Virus record (IMG/VR): IMGVR_UViG_3300037863_000077
Span: 1 to 33,143 of that record
DNA length: 33,143 bases
Source of the DNA: a virus
Lineage: Duplodnaviria; Caudoviricetes
Direction: 5' to 3' (one strand)
Positions 1 to 5,528 of this stretch are shown piece after piece. A program made the translations under genes and the position numbers. The notes under the pieces were generated by a model, which did not search any database, was not told where the DNA came from, and saw only the letters and a program-made list of their open reading frames with translations. Each line of letters starts with the position of its first letter. The stretch's first letter is position 1.

Positions 1-103
1 AAATAATTATTGTTTCTGTGGGGGGGTGCGCCCGGCGCTGCAAAAAATAACAATTGTTTGCTGCTAGGTTCTGCAAAAAATAAAAATTGTTTGTGGGGGG
101 TGC
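1..103. repeat. Short direct repeats at the left end: CTGCAAAAAATAA(C/A)AATTGTTTG at 38-60 and 71-93, plus TTGTTT(CT)GTG-G-run-TGC twice
   Basis: Two 23-bp copies with 1 mismatch, 33 bp apart, and a partial third copy at 1-15. G-runs near 20-26 and 95-100, C-runs at about 127-146. Confidence 0.75.
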
Positions 104-206
104 CTGCCACAGACACACGCCCGTCGGCCCCACCCCCCCACCCCCCAAGCAACGGGCAAAACTGATCCAGCCAACGCGCGCCAGGATCGCGATTGCCTTT
201 TGCCTT

Positions 207-600
207 CTGGGCAATCTGGGCAATGCAAATGCCGATCGGCCGCGGCGCGGCGCGGCGTGTCGATCCGCCGCTGACTGGCGGATAGGCATTGGCAATCTGG
301 GCAATGCTTTTAGCAATTCGTTTTGGACTTTGTATTTGACTGCCCATACTGCCCATGCGCGCCAACGCTGCGCAAGTCGTTGCGTAGGCGTTATGGGCGT
401 TCTGGGCACTATTGGCACCGTGTTTCACGTCGCGGCCAAATCCCCCTATATCTGTACTTTTAACCTATATGGTTATAAAATTGAAAAAGTCATTAATACA
501 CAAAAGACTACCTATACCGCCAATCCTCGCGCAAGACGTTGACATTGGGGCGCAATCCATAGGCAATTCCCCCTAATTCCCCGCCCATACTTCCGCCAAT
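207..600. repeat. 9-bp iteron-like repeats (consensus about [AC]T[GTA]GGCAAT) flanking an AT-rich tract; candidate replication origin
   Basis: CTGGGCAAT x2 at 207-224; ATTGGCAAT-CTGGGCAAT at 288-305; inverted pair TGCCCATAC-TGCCCAT at 341-356; four degenerate tandem units at 384-419; ATAGGCAAT at 559-567. AT-rich stretch at about 445-515. The origin role is inferred. Confidence 0.55.
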
Positions 601-675
601 CCATCCCCTCGCCAGGCGCGCACTGCACACTACCCGCCGCGCAAAAACAGGCCCCAAACATACGCAACAAATTAG

Positions 676-703
676 TTGACATACCCCACACTGGCGATAT
701 TAT
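676..703 (+). promoter_or_regulatory. Sigma70-type early promoter
   Basis: TTGACA (676-681), 16-nt spacer, TATTAT (698-703), upstream of an AAGGA RBS and the first early gene at 736. Confidence 0.75.
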
Positions 704-735
704 GGGCGCAACAACCACGAAAGGAAGCTTGAGCC

Positions 736-951
736 ATGACAGCCTATACTTTTACAGACGTGCAAGAAATAGCCGCAAACCTTGAATCTTATCTTGAATA
801 TGGCGCAGAAAATCGCGCGGAATATCTGGCAATGCTGGCGGATGAATATGATGCGCCCTTGGCGCAAGTGCGCGCTATGGCGCGCGTACTTGGGCCAAGC
901 GAAGACTTCGACGGACTTGTGATCGCCCTAGAAGACGGCGACTTTAACTAA
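736..951 (+). CDS. Small acidic early protein, unknown function
   Basis: 71-aa ORF with an AAGGAAG RBS, directly after the promoter. Confidence 0.75.
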   Translation: MTAYTFTDVQEIAANLESYLEYGAENRAEYLAMLADEYDAPLAQVRAMARVLGPSEDFDGLVIALEDGDFN

Positions 952-1016
952 ATACAGCCGCCACGATGGCGCGGGCGGCGGCCGTCATCCAGCGCCATTG
1001 ATGAAAGGGATTCACC

Positions 1017-1310
1017 ATGAACAATAAAGATTCACTCAATGCCGAATTGGCCTTTCTGGCCAGCGAAGGAGTCGAGCGCCAGAGCCCCCGCGTCATTGAC
1101 GGGCTTTCGTTTATCTTTCACCGGCGCCGCTATGACAATCGCGTCACCTATTCATGGGCTTATGTTGCCCATGGCGCTGGCTTCCTCCCCCTTGGCGATC
1201 CTTGGCCCTGTATCACGCCCAAGGGAGTCGAATTGGTCGCGGCCGCGCGGCTTGCCATTGCGCGCGTCGATTGTGAAAGGGCGGCCGCATGCGCGCGTAT
1301 CCTACCTTAG
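1017..1310 (+). CDS. Hypothetical early protein
   Basis: 97-aa ORF with an AAAGGGA RBS, co-oriented with its neighbours. Confidence 0.6.
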   Translation: MNNKDSLNAELAFLASEGVERQSPRVIDGLSFIFHRRRYDNRVTYSWAYVAHGAGFLPLGDPWPCITPKGVELVAAARLAIARVDCERAAACARILP

Positions 1311-1539
1311 CCGCTCAGCGCGATATTTGGCTGGCGGGCCGTACCGATATGGCCAGCCGCGCTTGTACCCGTGCGGGCGCTTTACGTTATGCCAGCCGCA
1401 GTCTTGACGGGCGTTATCTCTATAACCCGCAACGCGGCCTTGAGATATGGATCACAGGAGGCTGATCCGCCTCTATTTGGCAATCTGAGCGTCCAGAATG
1501 AACGATAGGCGTCATCCCCACACTAAAGGATATTCCACA

Positions 1540-2202
1540 ATGACAATTATTCAAATTTCGGTTCCCGTCGACTATATTGAAGCGGCCTTGCAATGCGTAT
1601 CAAAAGAAGGAACGCGGTACTATCTGCAAGGCGTTTTTCTCGACGCGCGGGGGTTCGTCGCGGCCACCAACGGCCATATGGCCTTCGCGGCGCTATGCGC
1701 AGCCGCCAGCCAACTTAGCGATTGCACCCCAAGCTATGGTGGGGGAGGCGCGTTGGCAGGCGTTATCGTGCCGCATGACGCAATCACGCAAGCGATTAAA
1801 GCCGCGGGCCGTGTCAAAGGGCTTTGCATCGTGTTTGAACGGGACCAGCAAGGCCAATGGTGGATATTGTACGGCAACGCGCGCGTCGCGTTTGCGCCTA
1901 TTGACGGATCATTCCCCGACTGGAAACGTGTCGTGCCGGAAGCCCCCGCAACGCTTACCGCCGCGCATTACAATCCGCAATATATTGCCGCAATAGGCAA
2001 CATGGCGAAAGCCCTGAATGATGGCAAGAAAGCTATGACTACCGCCTTCTGTCTGCACCAGGCTGGCGAAACCCCCGCGCTTGTCACGTTCCGCAATGGC
2101 GACAGCGGCGTGATGACCGATTGTGTGGCCGTCCTAATGCCTATTCGCTCAAAACCTGCGGATTATGCCACCACTGGCCACGCCAGCGCCTTCCGCTTCT
2201 AA
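1540..2202 (+). CDS. DNA polymerase III beta-clamp-like protein (truncated phage type)
   Basis: Motifs RYYLQGVFL, AATNGH and IDGSFPDWKRVVP resemble the middle region of DnaN. Start moved to ATG 1540 behind an AAAGGA RBS. Confidence 0.7.
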   Translation: MTIIQISVPVDYIEAALQCVSKEGTRYYLQGVFLDARGFVAATNGHMAFAALCAAASQLSDCTPSYGGGGALAGVIVPHDAITQAIKAAGRVKGLCIVFERDQQGQWWILYGNARVAFAPIDGSFPDWKRVVPEAPATLTAAHYNPQYIAAIGNMAKALNDGKKAMTTAFCLHQAGETPALVTFRNGDSGVMTDCVAVLMPIRSKPADYATTGHASAFRF

Positions 2203-2294
2203 CGTCGAAACAGGATGACGTGGACGGGCTCGTCCTGTTCGATGTCGCCCGCTCGCCGACGATGATTTAACCACTAAAACGAAGGGATAATACG

Positions 2295-2492
2295 ATGACC
2301 ATTTACAATCTCACTGAGGCACACAACGGCAAAAAGGCATTGGTGCGCAGCTTCACCAATCGCGCGGCCGCTATCGCACACGTCGAGGCGTTGCGCCCTG
2401 TGGCGTTCGAGGAGGACGCGGACCACCCAGGATATTTCGACATATTCACACGCTCCGGGCTTGTGCTGGCGCTTGAGCCTGCGACCGCCTGA
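2295..2492 (+). CDS. Hypothetical early protein
   Basis: 65-aa ORF with a GAAGGGA RBS. Confidence 0.65.
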   Translation: MTIYNLTEAHNGKKALVRSFTNRAAAIAHVEALRPVAFEEDADHPGYFDIFTRSGLVLALEPATA

Positions 2493-2569
2493 CAGTCGCC
2501 GCCTGATTCCCTTGGCGCACTGCCGAGGGAATAGGCGGCCACTGCCGGCCGATGAGAGGACACTCAGCC

Positions 2570-3049
2570 ATGACGATTCACACCCAGACCGCAGCCGCCG
2601 CGCTTGCCGCCGCATTTGTCAGCTACACACGCAACAACGGCGAGCGCTTCTACAAGCTGATCAAAGACGCGCCCAAGTGGATGCAAGACGCGATGCACGA
2701 CGCCCACGGCGACATGATGCCCGACGACGTGCGCTATTCGATGATCCACGAAATCGCGCAAGCCATCGCCGAACGGGACGAGGACGCGGACCTTGACGAC
2801 GAGCGCGGCGAAATCGTGGACGCAGTGCCAAGCTGCTACCATAGCGCGCGTTTTGCTTGGCTGGCCTCGCACAACAGCCGCAGCGACTATTGCGACGAGG
2901 CGCAGGCCGAAGGCATCGTTGCCGCCGACGCCAGCATATCGGACCGCATAGCGGCGGGCTGGTATCAGGAAGCCGACGAAATCTACAGCGCGCTTCTCCA
3001 GGCGATCGAGACGCAGGCCGAAGAACTGGAAACGCTCGCCGCCGACTGA
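2570..3049 (+). CDS. Acidic protein resembling Ocr-like DNA-mimic antirestriction proteins
   Basis: GAGGA RBS before ATG 2570. About 32 D/E versus 11 K/R by hand count. The segment EIVDAVPSCY...WL...Y.DEA..EG...I...I....Y resembles the Ocr-like pattern. Confidence 0.55.
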   Translation: MTIHTQTAAAALAAAFVSYTRNNGERFYKLIKDAPKWMQDAMHDAHGDMMPDDVRYSMIHEIAQAIAERDEDADLDDERGEIVDAVPSCYHSARFAWLASHNSRSDYCDEAQAEGIVAADASISDRIAAGWYQEADEIYSALLQAIETQAEELETLAAD

Positions 3050-3133
3050 CGGCGCGATCGGCCGGGGGTTTCGATTCCCGACCGAACGGCATATTCATTT
3101 AAGCCACACTCCAGCACACGCAAGGATGAGATC

Positions 3134-3280
3134 ATGACAAGAGACCGAAGCTACTGGCGCGCGGTGCCGACCGCTGACCTAATAGAGGCCGCAAGGGACA
3201 GCCGCGAAGAACTAACGATAGCGCTGGGTGAACGCTTAGATGATGTGCTGGCGCAAGCCGACGCCGACCGCGACGAGTAG
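3134..3280 (+). CDS. 48-aa hypothetical protein, paralog of 4000..4290 (not in the ORF track)
   Basis: Translates as MTRDRSYWRAVPTADLIEAARDSREELTIALGERLDDVLAQADADRDE, with an AAGGA RBS. Its N-terminus aligns with MTHDRNYWRASPNAALIIAARDSRDELALALGERLED. Confidence 0.7.
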   Translation: MTRDRSYWRAVPTADLIEAARDSREELTIALGERLDDVLAQADADRDE

Positions 3281-3283
3281 GCC

Positions 3284-3514
3284 GTGTTGGCCTTGCTTAT
3301 CGCCGCGAGGGCTGAGGCGGGCAAGGCCTACGACGCCGCGACGGCTGATGCGCGCGAGGCCTACGCCGCCGCGAGGGCTGAGGCGGGCAAGGCCTACGCC
3401 GCCGCGACGGCTGAGCCGCGCGAGGCCTACGACGCCGCGAGGGCTGAGGCGGGCAAGGCCTACGCCGCCGCGACGGCTGAGCCGCGCGGTGGCCCGCCCC
3501 GCCGCGACGGCTGA
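3284..3514 (+). CDS. Ala-rich 11-residue-repeat protein, probably frameshifted or degenerate at the 3' end
   Basis: AARAEAGKAY[D/A] and AATA[D/E][A/P]REAY[A/D] repeats. The frame breaks where 34-bp variant units start (about 3490), while related repeats continue to about 3610. Confidence 0.45.
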   Translation: MLALLIAARAEAGKAYDAATADAREAYAAARAEAGKAYAAATAEPREAYDAARAEAGKAYAAATAEPRGGPPRRDG

Positions 3515-3610
3515 GCCGCGCGGTGGCCCGCCCCGCCGCAATAGCTGATGCGGACAAGGCCTACGCCGCCGCGATGGCTGAGCCGCGCAAGGCATACGCC
3601 GCCGCTGCCC
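3301..3610 (+). repeat. 33-bp tandem repeat with alternating A/B units (66-bp higher-order period)
   Basis: Units start at 3301, 3334, 3367, 3400, 3433 and 3466 (CGCCGCGA[G/C]GGCTGA...AGGCCTACG). Degenerate units follow. Confidence 0.9.
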
Positions 3611-3644
3611 GCGCAGCCAACACCAACCAAAAGGAAACCGGACA

Positions 3645-3983
3645 ATGAACGAGACCGAACACCTAGCCACCGCCGCTGACGCTGCCCGCGACGCACACAT
3701 TGCCCGCGATGCCGCCCTCGCCACCCTTGACGCCGCCCGCGCCGCCTACGACGCCTGTGACGCCGCCTACAACGCCCGCGAAGCCGCCCGCGCCGCCCGC
3801 GAAGCCGCGCGCGACGCCCACAAGGCCGCCCGCGAAGCCCACAAGGCCGCCCGCGAAGCCCACAAGGCCACCTGTGATGCCCACAAGGCCCCCTGTGACG
3901 CAGCATACGCCGTTTACGCCGCCGCCCTCGCCGCCTACGCCGCCGCCGCCCCCCCGCGCCGCCGCCGCCACGCTGTAATTTAG
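3645..3983 (+). CDS. Ala-rich heptad-repeat (coiled-coil-like) protein
   Basis: AAAGGAAA RBS; AAREAHK-type 7-residue repeats; strong GCC codon periodicity in this frame. Confidence 0.65.
   Translation: MNETEHLATAADAARDAHIARDAALATLDAARAAYDACDAAYNAREAARAAREAARDAHKAAREAHKAAREAHKATCDAHKAPCDAAYAVYAAALAAYAAAAPPRRRRHAVI
3819..3902 (+). repeat. 21-bp tandem repeat CACAAGGCCGCCCGCGAAGCC (x4, last two degenerate)
   Basis: Read directly from the sequence. Encodes the HKAAREA heptads. Confidence 0.85.
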
Positions 3984-3999
3984 AAAGGGGAACCCTACC

Positions 4000-4290
4000 A
4001 TGACACACGACAGAAACTATTGGCGCGCGTCGCCCAACGCTGCTTTGATTATCGCCGCTCGCGATAGCCGCGATGAACTTGCGTTAGCTTTAGGCGAACG
4101 CCTGGAGGACATCGCCGCTGAACTGGCAAGAGTCGATCTATACGTCACCCAATTGGAACTGGACAATGCGAAACGCGGATGCACGATAGAAGATTTGGAA
4201 AATGATATTGAGTTGGTTCGTCTTGATAACGAGGCGCAAGCCGTCGAAATCAGCGACCTACTTGACGAATTATTTTACTCGCGGAGCTGA
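4000..4290 (+). CDS. Hypothetical acidic coiled-coil protein
   Basis: 96-aa ORF with an AAAGGGGA RBS; paralog of 3134..3280. Confidence 0.7.
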   Translation: MTHDRNYWRASPNAALIIAARDSRDELALALGERLEDIAAELARVDLYVTQLELDNAKRGCTIEDLENDIELVRLDNEAQAVEISDLLDELFYSRS

Positions 4291-4291
4291 T

Positions 4292-4351
4292 ATGCTGGCG
4301 CTGCTTATAGCCCTAATTTTGGGGCTGCTTTGCTTAATGATAGAGGATTGA
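4292..4351 (+). CDS. 19-aa hydrophobic micro-protein (MLALLIALILGLLCLMIED)
   Basis: ATG 1 nt after the upstream stop, GGAG RBS, single transmembrane-like helix. Confidence 0.4.
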   Translation: MLALLIALILGLLCLMIED

Positions 4352-4356
4352 CCCAC

Positions 4357-4496
4357 ATGCAAAATATACGCCGCACACATGCCAACCTGCGCGCGCTGCC
4401 CGCGACGCCGACGCCGCCTTCGACGCCGCCTTCGACGCAGCACTAGCCGCCGCCGATGCCGATGCCGCTTACGCCGACGCCGACCGCGACGCGTAG
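4357..4496 (+). pseudogene. Frameshifted Ala/Asp-rich gene remnant
   Basis: ATG 4357 has a GAGGA RBS but is out of frame with the downstream AARDADAAFDAAFDAALAAADADAAYADADRDA-stop stretch (span 140 nt, not a multiple of 3). Confidence 0.4.
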
Positions 4497-4561
4497 GCCG
4501 TGTTGGCCTTGCTTATCGCCGCGACGGCGCTGTTATTTTATATAGTATGGGAGCATTGACG

Positions 4562-4804
4562 ATGACTGACTTTAGCCACCTTGAGGCGATATACGCCCGT
4601 CTCGCTAGCGAGACGATACGCCTAAACGCATCTAAAAGCGATTTTGAGCGCAAGCAACGCGCCGTATGGGTCGAAGGCATCCGCCGCGAGATCGCGGGGG
4701 AATATGCCTTTCTAGGTATAGATCCGCCCACAGCGGCGGAATTAAACGGCGACGTTGACGAACTATATGCCGCGTTGGCCCCCAACATGGAGGTGAAGTT
4801 ATGA
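4562..4804 (+). CDS. Hypothetical early protein
   Basis: GGGAG RBS before ATG 4562 (MTDFSHLEAIYARL...). The 4379 start in the track adds low-complexity sequence from the repeat. Confidence 0.65.
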   Translation: MTDFSHLEAIYARLASETIRLNASKSDFERKQRAVWVEGIRREIAGEYAFLGIDPPTAAELNGDVDELYAALAPNMEVKL

Positions 4805-4887
4805 ACGCCCGCACAATCGTTGAAATGCTGTTTGTATTGATCGCGCTGCCGGTTATTCTGATCGCGTTGATGGTGGTGCTACCATGA
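4801..4887 (+). CDS. 28-aa membrane micro-protein (MNARTIVEMLFVLIALPVILIALMVVLP)
   Basis: GGAGGTG RBS, ATGA overlap with the upstream stop, hydrophobic helix. Confidence 0.55.
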   Translation: MNARTIVEMLFVLIALPVILIALMVVLP

Positions 4888-5000
4888 TTAAACCTTTAGA
4901 TTCACCGCGCCGACACCTCGGCAGCGTCGGCAATGCGGTCAAGCTGGCGGTGGTGTTGGCAACGGTGCTGGTGGTCCTATTTAAGGCGACGGCATCATGA
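4884..5000 (+). CDS. 38-aa membrane micro-protein (MIKPLDSPRRHLGSVGNAVKLAVVLATVLVVLFKATAS)
   Basis: ATGA-coupled to the preceding ORF, C-terminal hydrophobic helix. Confidence 0.45.
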   Translation: MIKPLDSPRRHLGSVGNAVKLAVVLATVLVVLFKATAS

Positions 5001-5012
5001 CAAAGGACCAGA

Positions 5013-5285
5013 GTGACACACAATCGCATCATAAACTACACGCCCGACCCGCTCTTTCAGACGCCGGGGGTGCCCCGCATCCTGCGATTGAGACATCTGA
5101 CCACCCTGCAAGCTACAACCCCCCGCGAGGCCAAGGAACTAAGGCGCCTGGAGGCCACGCAGCAGGACATGGAGTACGACTGGCATCGACGCCAGCGAAA
5201 GGCTGAGTATCAGCGGCTACACGCCGCTGCAATTTTGGAAAGGAAGCGAAATGACGACGAAGAAAATAATGCTGGCCGCGGCTAA
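5013..5285 (+). CDS. Hypothetical protein
   Basis: GTG start with an AAAGGA RBS, 90 aa. Confidence 0.5.
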   Translation: MTHNRIINYTPDPLFQTPGVPRILRLRHLTTLQATTPREAKELRRLEATQQDMEYDWHRRQRKAEYQRLHAAAILERKRNDDEENNAGRG

Positions 5286-5442
5286 ATTGTTTAACCGGCG
5301 CGAGGCTTGCGCCGCGCAGTTGCGTGAGATCGACGCGGAACTGGCTATGATGCACGGCGACTATATGCGCGCAGAACGCCTATGGGGCCTACGTTTGGAA
5401 GGATTTCGGCACACGATTCAAGTTATGCAAGACAGCGAATAG
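5251..5442 (+). CDS. Hypothetical protein
   Basis: 63 aa with an AAAGGAAG RBS; last gene before the terminator. Confidence 0.6.
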   Translation: MTTKKIMLAAAKLFNRREACAAQLREIDAELAMMHGDYMRAERLWGLRLEGFRHTIQVMQDSE

Positions 5443-5464
5443 GGGCCGTTACTACCAAGACGAT

Positions 5465-5498
5465 AAAAAAGCCCCCGGCAAGCAATTGCCGGGGGCTT
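5465..5498 (-). terminator. Rho-independent terminator between convergent early and replication operons
   Basis: Perfect 13-bp stem AAGCCCCCGGCAA / TTGCCGGGGGCTT with a 4-nt loop. A6 at 5465-5470 forms the U-tract on the minus strand. Possibly bidirectional. Confidence 0.85.
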
Positions 5499-5528
5499 AG
5501 TCATGTGCGCGAGGAGGGGAAACCTGCG

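Noticed and set aside
87-718. ORFs 87..542 (+) and 512..718 (-)
   Set aside because: They run through the repeat/AT-rich region with no RBS. The LGNLGN-type peptides simply reflect the 9-bp DNA repeats.
3058-3085. tRNA-like TTCGATTCCC motif
   Set aside because: No cloverleaf, acceptor stem or anticodon arm could be built. It is the loop region of a simple hairpin.
3301-3610. Possible CRISPR array or DGR template/variable repeat
   Set aside because: Units are contiguous with no unique spacers. There is no cas operon (the Cas4-like gene is a typical stand-alone phage nuclease), no reverse transcriptase, and no adenine-specific mismatch pattern.
3236-4008. Several Arg/Pro/Gly-rich ORFs in alternative frames and on the minus strand
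   Set aside because: They are by-products of GC-rich tandem repeats. Only the Ala-rich frames have plausible starts.
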